DNA of 63,958 nucleotides, counting the filler, from Octopus bimaculoides (lineage: Eukaryota), in assembly GCF_001194135.2 (NCBI RefSeq). It is 7 parts of 7 records of this genome, joined end to end, with 100 filler letters (N's around TTAATTAATTAA, not from the genome) between each part and the next. Parts side by side here need not be neighbours in the genome. Positions count along the whole stretch, not along the records: positions 14,080 to 34,226 come from NC_068983.1; positions 34,327 to 39,835 come from NC_069007.1; 5 more parts are not named here. One strand, 5' to 3'. A program made the position numbers and the translations under genes. Positions 25,015 through 37,722 of this stretch are shown here, one piece after another (position 1 is the first letter of the stretch; each line of letters begins with the position of its first letter). The notes below the pieces were generated by a model, which did not search any database, was not told the origin of the DNA, and worked only from the letters and a program-made list of their open reading frames with translations.

Positions 25015-25596
25015 AGATCGCATACCTCTATGATGTCATGTGATCCAATAATTGCATAAAAAAGAAATGTAATAGATTTTATCAAAATTGAATTTCTGCA
25101 AACAACGTAGCATACCCAAGCATATTATAGGCTCTATAACCGTATTATCTATGTCATATGTCTTACCAATTATTTGTACGATAGATAGAAACAATTTACA
25201 TATTCAAAGATGGACTTCATCAAAATAAGCTTCAGTAAATCTAATTGTATGTCAGCATCAGCATTATTAAACCCGTAAGCAACATCAGAAATATTGTAGT
25301 AGTTTAGTGAAATTCTTAATAAATATTCTTACACTTAATCTAAATGTGCTCCATGAGGAGTCGTACAGGCAAAGTTAAGATACTGAGGAAAACTTGGCTG
25401 AGTACAGTTGATGAACAGAATTGCTTTAATAACCACTAAGAATGATAGGTAATTCGAATAGTTTTATGTTAAATGATACGCTACGTATTTCTAGAGTGCT
25501 GTAAACATTTTTCATAGTTTACATGTACATGTGTGTATATGAATGCGTGTGCTTGTGTATGCATCATGAATCATATATGTATATGTGTATATATAT

Positions 25597-25635
<39 letters not shown>

Positions 25636-25828
25636 TACATATACATACATGTAAATGACTATATATATATTTATATGTTTGTATGAGTATATNNNNNNNN
25701 NNNNNNNNNNNNNNNNNNNNNNNNNNNNNNNNNNNNNNNNNNNNNNNNNNNNNNNNNNNNNNNNNNNNNNNNNNNNNNNNNNNNNNNNNNNNNNNNNNNN
25801 NNNNNNNNNNNNNNNNNNNNNNNNNNNN

Positions 25829-25860
<32 letters not shown>

Positions 25861-27078
25861 ACGTATATATCAGTATATATACGTATATACAATTACGCTT
25901 GTATATATGCATGTATGAGTCAGAAATGGAAGTAATGTGCATTGCATATCTGAAATCACTTGTTTGAGCCTTTTGAATTAATTTGCATACAAAGAAACGA
26001 ATGGCAGATTCAGGCGGGCGCTTCTAGTCGAATAATGAATTTTATTATGTTATTTACACATGTGATAAACGAGGACCTTAACCTGCGTGAATGTGGCATA
26101 ACATACCATTTGACTTTTATCTCTGTAATTTCTAATTCCATGTGAATGCAGACTAGTTGAGGACATATTCCAGAAATCTAATCTGGACTCGAATCCGTAG
26201 TCAAGTTCACAAGACATATAAAAGAATAACGATATTTCAAAGAACCTACTATAATTAGATATTTATGTCTCACATATATTTCATAACTTGGATATATCAA
26301 GTAATTCCACAACAATATTCTAAGAATATGGCTAAGGATTTCTGTATATAACCTCATGTCCAATGTGAATCCGTGCGACAAACTTTATTAGATTTGATGT
26401 CACAATCACAAATACAATGCTGAGTCAGAATAACAATGAAATAGTGTAGACCACTTAATATTCGAGATTAATTTTGGAATGTTGCAGAGTAATAAATATG
26501 TTTATGCACCGGGAAGATAATCTTGGGTCAAAGATGAATGTTCAGAGAATAGATTTGCCTCTTCATAAAAAAGAGAAGAGAGTTACCAATGCATTCAAAA
26601 TGAGAAAGCGAGAGTCTTTGATGAAGTACGCTTACATGAATGTCATATAATACTACTAAATATCTAGCAATACGTAATAAGCGTACGGTTTCAAACGTTC
26701 GCTTAACAAAGCAATGTACATTGATTTTATGATATGTAGAGCGAAAACAATGGAATATCTTGAAATACTTCTTTTCTAAGTTCCAGAGTGCTGGATATTA
26801 GAGATTTTAAATTCCTGTGCAGCATATTTTCAGCAAACATACATACATAATAGAGGGGGGGGGGGTTAGTTTGAAAGTGGTCTAAACGATTAGGTACACT
26901 AGGTAAATGCAGTAACGGTTTACTAGGATTCCAAGGTTATAGGTGAGACGGTAGTTATGGAGCAAATGCAGATTTCCAATATAGTGGATATATAATTATT
27001 AAAGAGAACAACAAACATTAAGTCAAGGCAAACAGCTCAACTCATAGACATTATTATTATTAGGGAAAAAAAGATCAA

Positions 27079-27135
27079 GTCGTACAGCTGTTTCTGGGAT
27101 AACGCAGATTATGGGAAATTCCGGTCATCGGAGAC
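27079..27135 (-). ncRNA. Hammerhead-like motif, variant or degenerate
   Basis: GTCT CCGATGA ...ATCCCA GAAAC AGCT GTA CGAC, with palindromic ACAGCTGT stem III and a U4C core change. Confidence 0.5.
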
Positions 27136-27320
27136 AAGGAGGGAAAATGACAAGAGCATAGATTAATGTAATGAGACATAAAGGACAGGAATAAAGGAAT
27201 AAGGAAATGAAGAAAGAAAGGAAAGAAGAAAAAGTGCTCTTTCTTCATCTTCTAATTCCTTTACTTCTGTCCACTACGTCGTCATTTCATTAATCTATAC
27301 ATTTCTCACTTTCCCTACTT

Positions 27321-27376
27321 GTCACCGATGCCTGAATATTCCATACTCTGGGATATCCCAGAACCAGCTGTAAGAC
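27321..27376 (+). ncRNA. Hammerhead-like motif, degenerate inverted partner
   Basis: GTCA CCGATGC...ATCCCA GAAC CAGCTGTA AGAC, homologous to 27079-27135. Confidence 0.4.
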
Positions 27377-27702
27377 TTGGAATTTTTGTTGCAATAATAA
27401 TAATGTATATGGCTTGAGATGCTTGCTTTGCCTTAACGTTTGTTGTCCTCATTAACAATTATAAATATATACATATATACATACCTACGTAAGTACATAC
27501 ATATTTGTATGCATGCATACATACATATACACAGAAAACACAAACATATACACACGTAGATTAACTAAATGCAAACGGAAGCGGTATTACGCAATAAACA
27601 TCATTACATTACAACTATATCTGCTATGGGAAGCAAGGCACTCAGAGCTGGGCCTTGTGCATTATCCTATATCTTTGTCTTAGGCTCTAAATTGAAATAT
27701 AG

Positions 27703-28234
27703 CACTTCCCGAAGCCAAAGTCGCACCAAAAGAAGATCGTGGTTACTGTTTGGTAGTCTGCGGCCAGTCTAATCTATTTGGATCCAAGCGAAACCATTAC
27801 GGCGGAGAAGTACTGCCAGCAAATGGATGAGATGCAACAGCCAGCATTGGTCAATAGAGAAGGACCGATTCTTCTCCACGTAAACGCTCGGCTGCACGTC
27901 GCACAACTGACCCTGCAGAGGTTGAACGAAATGGGCTATAAAACTCTGCCTCATCCACCATACTCACCAGACCTCTGGCCTACAGACTACCACTTTTTCA
28001 AGCATCTTGACAACTTCCTGCATGAGAAATGCTTCAAACACCAAACACGCCTTCAACGAATTCATCGACATCAGAACGCAGGATTTTTACGCTACTAGCA
28101 TAAATATATTTGTTTCGCGTTGGGAAAAGTTTGTTGATTCTGATGGTGTTTATTTCGATAAAGTTTTGTTTGAGCCGAGATATCTGCATCTGAATTTAAA
28201 GGTTAAAAACTGCAAGAACTTAGATGACAACCTT
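27703..28234 (+). mobile_element. Mariner 3' half (Hsmar1/cecropia-like), pseudogenised
   Basis: HFPKPKSHQKK.VVTVW, ETITAEKYCQQMDEM, GPILLH.NAR.H and LPHPPYSPDLWPTDYHFFKHLDNFL, followed by a TIR-like end. Confidence 0.9.
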
Positions 28235-28282
28235 NNNNNNNNNNNNNNNNNNNNNNNNNNNNNNNNNNNNNNNNNNNNNNNN

Positions 28283-28313
<31 letters not shown>

Positions 28314-28839
28314 TAATTTAGAGAAGAACCACCAAGATGCAATCCAAACAATGAAGGAGATCAGACACCATCAAGAAAAACGTACTCTACAAAATACTGA
28401 TTTAAAAATCTATAAATCTAAAAAAAAATTTTACAATCCACAATATCTATAAAATATTAGGTTAATATTTTATTCAGTTTAGTGAATTTATAAAAAAGAA
28501 AGTAAAGAATAGACTTCGCGCGTTTTGTGGCCACATAGTAGTGGAAACAATCTGTGCAATTTACAATAAATCGATCAAGTTCCACTCAGAATGAAAACAC
28601 TCTTCAGGTCTTGTAAGTTCAAAAAACGTATACTAGTGTTTAAATAATGCAAATAAAATAAAATAGGAAAAAGTAGAAATATATGTACGTTTAGGAAAGC
28701 GATTATTAGTGCAATAATTTTTATATATAATTATAAATCTATAATAATTTTTTCCTCTATAGTTTTAATTATATGCTGGCCACTGATATTAATATTATTA
28801 TAGAAAAGATGGTTATTTTATCCTTTGTTTTGTATTCGC

Positions 28840-29035
28840 CATGTTAGATCACTAACCACTATACATATTTTTTCTCTGCTTGTTTCTCTCCTTGTTTCTT
28901 TCTGTGTTCCTTTCTGTGGAAAATCGTAGGCTCGAAACGTTAAAGACTTTTTTCAATTCCCGAGCGTTATACTAATACATCTGTTTGTTTTTTCACCACC
29001 TGTCTTCGCCCTTCGTTCATATTTGTGAATTTTCT
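28840..29035 (+). repeat. Pyrimidine-rich repeat fragment with degenerate hammerhead-like motif (28910-28945)
   Basis: CTTT CTGTGGA AAATC-GTAG-GCTC GAAAC GTT AAAG. Stem I and the AACGTT palindrome are present, but the core and stem II are damaged. Confidence 0.4.
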
Positions 29036-29992
29036 ATATATAAATATGTGTGTGAGTGTGCGTGTGTGTGGCGTGTGTGCACGCTAGCAAGTGTGTATGT
29101 GCTTGTGTGTATATATATAAACACATTTTAAATTCAGTTTTAAGCAAATTTTATTATATCTCACTCGAAAGCTTGATATTATTTTTAGACTGAAACGAAA
29201 TATCCTCATTAGTTAGTTTTAGTTTCCGAATTTCCACGACCCTGTCTTTGTAATAACTCCCCTTCCACTGAATAGGTATGTAGGTGCAGCTTCTGAATAT
29301 TGCGAAAGAACTTTTTGAATAGGAACAGGTGCATATGTGCGGCAGGACCTTTGATTCTCAACCACATTGTTCCGGGTTCAACCCGATTTCACAGCACCTT
29401 CGACAAGTATTATCTACAATAGCCACGAACCGACGAGCAACATGTTTGTAGGTTTTTTTTAGATGTATTAAACTGTAATATGTCCCTCGTATGCATACAT
29501 GCATACATACATATATATATATATACATATAACTGTGTAAATATGTACATTTTTGCCTTCGTATATGTATTTGTCACAACCAACGATTCACATGCAGCGA
29601 CGGATTGTTTACGACACCATAATTTAGCGGTTTAACACATGCCGATCCAAATGACTATCGCCCTTAAAGGCAATACTCCAGTATAGCCGCATGTCTATGA
29701 TGGAAAGAACATAAAATACAAGATATGGTTCTGTGCTTGCATATGAATGTGCAGTTGTATATGTCTTTGTTATGCGTGTGTGTGTGTGTGGACATAGTTC
29801 TAGATGTATTAGACATATACATATGCGCATCTATGGGATTGAATATGCATGTCTATCAAAGTACGTTCAAAGAAAATGTGTAGATTCCTCGCACAAACCC
29901 TCCCATCACGAATAACTGGCAGCCATGATAACTTAGAAGATCTTGTACACGAGTAGACAGGCATATTTCAGATAAGCGATATATCTTGAAAT

Positions 29993-29994
<2 letters not shown>

Positions 29995-30062
<68 letters not shown>

Positions 30063-30073
30063 ATTATTATGAT

Positions 30074-30146
<73 letters not shown>

Positions 30147-30204
30147 CAAAACGCAATAATCGAGATAAAAAGACAACGATATTGATAATAATAATAATAA
30201 CAAC

Positions 30205-30260
<56 letters not shown>

Positions 30261-30280
30261 CAATAATAATAATAATAAAG
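29995..30280. repeat. Compound (GAT)n/(AAT)n microsatellite
   Basis: Directly visible. Confidence 0.95.
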
Positions 30281-30729
30281 GGGCAGGATGATGACTACGC
30301 TTGTAAAAGCTTCAGTTTGAAGCGCTGTTATATAGCCGACAAAATTAGCAGTGATTCCCATGGAAATTCGATAGACAATACTAAAGCAACGAAACTCATA
30401 GCATAAAGCAAAGTGTCTTCTGCAATAAAATATTGTTCATGGAGTGAAGAGCAGGGACTATGACGACTAGGACGATGATGACGAAGACAACGACGACGTG
30501 AGATATAAGCGGTGATAATGGCGGTAAAGATAATATTGGTGACACCGAAAACAAAGACGTTAATGGAATTATAGGGAAACATGAGAAGTAGTATGTAAAT
30601 TGTGCATATCCTCATATATCCGCTTGTGTTGATTAGTTACAATTCTAGGAGTAGTGTTCGATAACATTTCTCATACGGAACTGTTGGGATGCCTTGTTGT
30701 TATTATTATTATTATTATTATTATGACAG

Positions 30730-31579
30730 GGCGTAGGAGTGGCTGTGTGGTAAGTAGCTTGTTTATCAACCACATGGTTTCGAGTTCATTCCACTGCGTG
30801 TCACCTTGGGCAAGAATCTTCTACTATAGCCTCGGGCCGACCAAAGCCTTGGTAGACGGAAACTGAAAGAGGCCCGTCGTATGTATATATNNNNNNNNNN
30901 NNNNNNNNNNNNNNNNNNNNNNNNNNNNNNNNNNNNNNNNNNNNNNNNNNNNNNNNNNNNNNNNNNNNNNNNNNNNNNNNNNNNNNNNNNNNNNNNNNNN
31001 NNNNNNNNNNNNNNNNNNNNNNNNNNNNNNNNNNNNNNNNNNNNNNNNNNNNNNNNNNNNNNNNNNNNNNNNNNNNNNNNNNNNNNNNNNNNNNNNNNNN
31101 NNNNNNNNNNNNNNNNNNNNNNNNNNNNNNNNNNNNNNNNNNNNNNNNNNNNNNNNNNNNNNNNNNNNNNNNNNNNNNNNNNNNNNNNNNNNNNNNNNNN
31201 NNNNNNNNNNNNNNNNNNNNNNNNNNNNNNNNNNNNNNNNNNNNNNNNNNNNNNNNNNNNNNNNNNNNNNNNNNNNNNNNNNNNNNNNNNNNNNNNNNNN
31301 NNNNNNNNNNNNNNNNNNNNNNNNNNNNNNNNNNNNNNNNNNNNNNNNNNNNNNNNNNNNNNNNNNNNNNNNNNNNNNNNNNNNNNNNNNNNNNNNNNNN
31401 NNNNNNNNNNNNNNNNNNNNNNNNNNNNNNNNNNNNNNNNNNNNNNNNNNNNNNNNNNNNNNNNNNNNNNNNNNNNNNNNNNNNNNNNNNNNNNNNNNNN
31501 NNNNNNNNNNNNNNNNNNNNNNNNNNNNNNNNNNNNNNNNNNNNNNNNNNNNNNNNNNNNNNNNNNNNNNNNNNNNNNN

Positions 31580-31615
<36 letters not shown>

Positions 31616-31817
31616 GTTTGTGTCTGTGTTTGTCCCCCCCCCATATCGCTTGGCAACCGATGCTGCTCTATTTACGTCCCGTAATCTAGCGGTTCGACAA
31701 AAGAGACGGATAGAATAAGTACTAGGCTTCCAAACAATAAGCCATGAGGTCGATTTGCTCGACAAAAGGTGGTGCCCCAGCATGGCCCGAGTCAAATGAC
31801 TGAAACAAGTAAAAGAG
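30730..31817 (+). mobile_element. Family B SINE spanning a gap in its internal microsatellite
   Basis: The 5' half ends in TA repeats at the gap; the 3' half resumes after (GT)n. Confidence 0.85.
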
Positions 31818-32196
31818 TAATTATTATTGAAGCGGAATCGCTAATACGCGGACCGAAACAATTTGTGTTATTTCGCCCGTCGTTACCTTCTGAGTTCAAA
31901 TTCTTTTGGTTAAGGAATCTATATGTCTTTTTCAAATTTTCGATTTCGATTACCAAATTTACTGAGCTTAGCATATTCTTTTGCCGAGACATTATGTTCA
32001 CAAGGTATGCTCAAGTCAATCAATAAACAGAATCTATTGTTTTGGTCTATCACAACAATATGTGGTTTACTTGCTTTGATGGTCCGGTCTGTGCTGGAAA
32101 GTCCCATAGAATTGTTAGATTTTCTCACTCAGATACAGTCTGTGCTTGTACCACTTATTATAATTATACAATTCTTATTATTGTTGTTCTTGTTGT

Positions 32197-32600
32197 AAGG
32201 CGATGAGCTGGCATAAACCTTAGCACGCCGGACGAAATGCTTAGCGGTATTTCGTCTGTGTTTATATTCCTCCGCGGTCGATTTTGCTTTCATTTTTCGG
32301 TGTCGATAAATTAAATACTTGGTTCTCACCCACAAAATTTCAGGCCTTATGCCTCAAGTAGAAATGATCATTATTTCCATTATTATTATTATGTTGCGGA
32401 GAGTTGACACAATTGCTATAACGGCGAACAAAATGTTTATCGGCATGTCGTCCGTCTATATGATCTGACTTCAAATTTCCCTGAGGCCAACTTTGCATTT
32501 CATCAGATAGCAATCGATAAAATAGGTATCAGCTGACTATTGGGACGCTGGTAATCGACTTTACTTCTTCCCGAATTTGTTGGCCTTGTAACAAAATTCT
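32197..32600 (+). mobile_element. Two tandem family A SINEs (32197-32370 and 32393-32600)
   Basis: Two diverged head-core-tail units separated by (ATT)n. Confidence 0.75.
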
Positions 32601-32654
32601 GTTGTTGTTGATGGAGTTGTTATTATTATTACTATTATTATTATTATTATTATT

Positions 32655-32874
32655 TTCAGTAGTTTTATTTTTATAACGTGCTTTCACTTCACTACCGAGC
32701 GCAGCTCTGTGCGCCTTGGGTATGTGCTGTGGTTTGCTGTGGTGCTCTTATGTTTACTGTATTGAAAGTGTTTTGCGTAGAATGTGTGCAGTACCCAGTA
32801 GTGCAATTTTCTGTATGTTATATATATTTGTAAGTCCTGGTGTTTTTGTTATGCATTTGTCTGAATATTTTTTT
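32655..32874 (-). mobile_element. R4/Dong-type LINE 3' end
   Basis: Near-identical reverse complement of about 38310-38527, abutting (TTA)n. Confidence 0.9.
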
Positions 32875-32890
32875 NNNNNNNNNNCCGTGC

Positions 32891-32970
<80 letters not shown>

Positions 32971-33294
32971 GATGTTGTTGTTGCTGTCGTCGTCGGCGGC
33001 GGCAGCGGCGGCCGCGGTGGTGGTGGTGTTTTTGTTCTTGATTTGATTCGGGTTTGATACCATTCCTACTAGAATTCATGCGGGCGGGTTAATCACTCTA
33101 ACCATAGGTTTCCACAATTTTTTAATAGTCTTTCAGGTGCTTAAGCTGATCTTTCCTGTCTCTAAGACGCAAAGTTTCTGACGAAGCTCTACAGAACATT
33201 CTCTACAGAACAGTAATAGTTGATGACTGGGTCGATGTAACCGACTTAGCCAATCCGACGAAATTACTGGCCTTGTGCCAAAATTTGAAAACAT

Positions 33295-33540
<246 letters not shown>

Positions 33541-34326
33541 CTTTATATTTTTGATAGCGTTTTCATGGAGTGTTCTACGAGCAAACAATACACGTTTCAG
33601 GGTGCGGAGAACGTTGTATTTTCCATTAAATTATGTGTGCTGATATACACACACACACACACACATACGCGTACACACATATACACACAGGAGCGCACAA
33701 ACACAAACACGATTGTGTGTGCATGTATATATAAAAACACGCATACAGACATCCATATACACATAAGGACATGTATAAATATATGTATATGCGAGTATGT
33801 ATTGAACGATAAAGGATTACAAAAATTAAATGATTTAAATTATTATTATTATTATTTTATTTATTTATTTATTTATCTTTTGCAATTTCTTCCTATACAG
33901 ACAATTAATTATATTTTCTATCATGAAATTGGGTACTCGGAACTCAAAACAGTCATTGCGTTCAATCGAGATCAAACGAGTTCTTTCATGTGTTTGAGTT
34001 TGGTTGAAGGCAAAAATTAGAATTATTGACAAAGTACCCGATTTCCTGTCAACATTAGCTGCAGTGTCCAACACGTAGGCGAATCCAGATAGTCGCTAAT
34101 ATAGCGGCTTCTTAGCTTTACTGAACTAATTTACTTTTACACTTTTTTCTATTTAGTTTGTATCCAGTTACACAGACAATCACACAAACACACACACACA
34201 CACACATACACACATACATACATACANNNNNNNNNNNNNNNNNNNNNNNNNNNNNNNNNNNNNNNNNNNNTTAATTAATTAANNNNNNNNNNNNNNNNNN
34301 NNNNNNNNNNNNNNNNNNNNNNNNNN

Positions 34327-34535
34327 GGCTTGTATGGCAGGCGCCAGCGTAACGAAAACAGTCAAAATATTTGATATATCAAGAAGTACTGTCTCGAAAG
34401 TAATGACACTCTTTGAGAAAGAGGGAAAAACCTCCACGTTGAAACAAAACTCCGGAAGAAAACCAAATTTACCTTGGAGGGTTTCTTTCTAAGTGCAATC
34501 CAACAGCCATTTGCGACCAAAGGGGGTCTTTACTA
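34327..34535 (+). mobile_element. Tc1-like transposase N-terminal fragment
   Basis: MAGASVTKTVKIFDISRSTVSKVMTLFEKEGKTSTLKQNSGRKP, an HTH followed by the GRPR-like motif. Confidence 0.75.
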
Positions 34536-34591
34536 TATGTGTGTGTATGTGTGTGTGTGTGTGTGTGTGTGCGTGCGCATCTTTTACCTTC

Positions 34592-34918
34592 TTCTTGCTT
34601 TAGTCATTTGACTGCAGCCATGCTGGGGCACCACCTTGGAAAATTTCTGTTGAATCAAACAACACTAGTACTTTTTAAAGCCTCACACTCATTCTACCAG
34701 TCCTTTTGCCGATCCAATAAGTTACATGGATGTAAATGCACCAACACTGGTTGTCAAGTGGTGGGGGGACAAACACACACACATACGACGGGATTCTTTC
34801 AGTTTCCGTCTACCAAATCCTGTCACGTAGCTTTGGTTGACCCGAGGTTATAGAAGACACTTTCAAAATGCCACGCAGTGGGACTGAACCTAGAACCATG
34901 TGGTTGGGAAGCAATCTT
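34592..34918 (-). mobile_element. Family B SINE
   Basis: Reverse complement of the B consensus with a very short internal satellite. Confidence 0.85.
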
Positions 34919-35834
34919 GTACATTTCTATTGTATGGATATTTATTATATAAATATCTATTATGGAAACATATGTCAAATTATTATTTAAATAAATACTT
35001 TCAATACTGAATTTTAAGGTTGAATGTTTATAATAACATTTGTTTAATATTGATGAAAACAAATGAATCATCTTACCTGCAGCTTTGTCTGAGAGATATT
35101 TCAGGTATTGCATTATTTTAGGTCTTTTACTGGAATCATAGTCAACATGATCGAGATATTTGTATATGAGAGGAATTAAACCAGGGAAATCATCCTGTTT
35201 GGAATAGAATCAAAATAATTGAAAATAGTTTGAGTTTTCTGTTTGAGTTTGGAGATGCTAACCAAGTGGTTGTAAAATTTGTTGATATTTTGGATGAAAG
35301 AAATATTTCAGAAACCGAAAGAGAAATAAGGAAAATTTCATTATATAATTTAGAATATATTTATAACATTCTTTGACATCCCTTTTAATGAAACTACGAT
35401 GATTTCTAACATAAAAACTTTCTTTGTAGGTGGGGAGTCATTAAAACAATAGAGAGAAGGGAGAAGACAAGCAATGAATTGTAGTGGGTGATAAGAATGA
35501 GATTAGTGATATGTGTACATGAGAGGAACCAAATCATGGCAATAGAAGCAAAATAATCAAAAATAGTTTCAATTTTCTGGTGGAAATATTGAACAAATGG
35601 TTATAAAATTTACTGATATTTTTGGTGAAGGAAATATTTGAAAAACTGAATGAGAAATGAAAAAAATGTCATGTTATTAATTTAGGATATTTTTATGACA
35701 TTCTTTGACATCCATCCCTTTTAATAAAATTATGATGATTTCTAACATACAAAGCCATAAAGCTTGGGACATCAGAGAGAGAGGGGTGTTAGAAAGAGAG
35801 AGAAAGAAATAGTATGGTAGAAGGGACAAACAAA

Positions 35835-36066
35835 GGCGGCGAGCTGATAGAAACGTTAGCACGCCGGGCGAAATGCCTAGCGGTATTTCGTCTGCCGTTA
35901 CGTTCTGAGTTCAAATTCCGCCGAGGTCGACTTTGCCTTTCATCCTTTCGGGGTCGATAAATTAAGTACCAGTTATGCACTGGGGGCGATGTAATCGACT
36001 AAATCCCTTTGTCTGTCCTTCTTTGTCCCCTCTATGTTTAGCCCATTGTGGGCAATAAAAAAATAA
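35835..36066 (+). mobile_element. Young family A SINE variant with Tx1-like tail and 16-bp TSD
   Basis: Near-consensus head and core. The direct repeat AGAAGGGACAAACAAA lies at 35819-35834 and 36066-36081. Confidence 0.92.
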
Positions 36067-37054
36067 GAAGGGACAAACAAATCTCTTGGGAACCATTTCC
36101 TCTCTACAACTGAACCATTCTGCTTAATCCATGATTTTATGGAAGAGTTTAATAACCACAATTGTCATGTGGATTCTTCATTCCTCAAAGTAATTGGAAC
36201 TTATCGAACAATCTAGAATATTACCTATCGACTAATTCTTATTGAAATAAATCATTACCAATTTCTTTGGATTAAGAATTTTGTGTGGACATTGATCTAT
36301 TTTACAAGTTTCCAAGGAATCCGGGGCATCTTTTATTGTCACTACATGTTGATCAGTGCCTTGTGAGGGAATTTTGTCAACAGATATTGTATGGAAGCCT
36401 GCCATATATATATATATANNNNNNNNNNNNNNNNNNNNNNNNNNNNNNNNNNNNNNNNNNNNNNNNNNNNNNNNNNNNNNNNNNNNNNNNNNNNNNNNNN
36501 NNNNNNNNNNNNNNNNNNNNNNNNNNNNNNNNNNNNNNNNNNNNNNNNNNNNNNNNNNNNNNNNNNNNNNNNNNNNNNNNNNNNNNNNNNNNNNNNNNNN
36601 NNNNNNNNNNNNNNNNNNNNNNNNNNNNNNNNNNNNNNNNNNNNNNNNNNNNNNNNNNNNNNNNNNNNNNNNNNNNNNNNNNNNNNNNNNNNNNNNNNNN
36701 NNNNNNNNNNNNNNNNNNNNNNNNNNNNNNNNNNNNNNNNNNNNNNNNNNNNNNNNNNNNNNNNNNNNNNNNNNNNNNNNNNNNNNNNNNNNNNNNNNNN
36801 NNNNNNNNNNNNNNNNNNNNNNNNNNNNNNNNNNNNNNNNNNNNNNNNNNNNNNNNNNNNNNNNNNNNNNNNNNNNNNNNNNNNNNNNNNNNNNNNNNNN
36901 NNNNNNNNNNNNNNNNNNNNNNNNNNNNNNNNNNNNNNNNNNNNNNNNNNNNNNNNNNNNNNNNNNNNNNNNNNNNNNNNNNNNNNNNNNNNNNNNNNNN
37001 NNNNNNNNNNNNNNNNNNNNNNNNNNNNNNNNNNNNNNNNNNNNNNNNNNNNNN

Positions 37055-37113
<59 letters not shown>

Positions 37114-37304
37114 TACACACAGAGCAAGTGTCTGTGTGTTTGTGTATATGAATGAGTGTGTGTATGTGCGTGTGTGTGCATGTGCACGCGCGTGTGCGTG
37201 TGTGAGTGTTTTAATCACATGCACAAAAACCTGGACTTGCCCCCTATAAATCCAGCTGTGTACGAATGTATATGCATGCGTATGTATGTATTTCTTTGTT
37301 GGTT

Positions 37305-37465
37305 TGCTTATGTCCGCTAACTTAGCAGTTTGGCAAAAGAACAATAGAATAGACACCAAGCTTAGAGCAATTAAATACATGGGTCGAATTGTTCAACTAC
37401 ACCCGCCAGGGTGATGCTCCAGCATGGCCACAGTTCAACGACTGAAACAAGTAAAATCATAAAAG
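37305..37465 (+). mobile_element. Family B SINE 3' half
   Basis: GCTCCAGCATGGCCACAG...GACTGAAACAAGTAAAA tail. Confidence 0.7.
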
Positions 37466-37722
37466 AAAACTCCCTTCTACTTGATATAATTTTAAAGCTG
37501 TTATTGATACAAAGCAATTTTTTTTAAATTTTAGAATTTACAAAATCAAGTAAGTGTTTTGGGGTTTATTTGAAATAATTTCTTACCTTTCCATTCATGA
37601 TTTCATTTAAAGTCATCAGGGAGTAAATTTTATGGGTTACTTCACAACTGGTAAATTCTAGTTGACAAAAAAAAAAAAAAAGAAATAATAATAATGATAA
37701 TGAAGTTGATGATGATGATGAT

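Larger units (their letters stand above)
26989..27465. mobile_element. Old inverted-repeat element (~225-bp arms), each arm with a hammerhead-like motif
   Basis: 27241-27465 aligns along its whole length with the reverse complement of 26989-27214. Confidence 0.7.

Noticed and set aside
29856-30406. Long poly-I/L/S/N ORFs, plus all YIYI/HTHT/X-filled ORFs in the track
   Set aside because: These are translations of microsatellites and N gaps.
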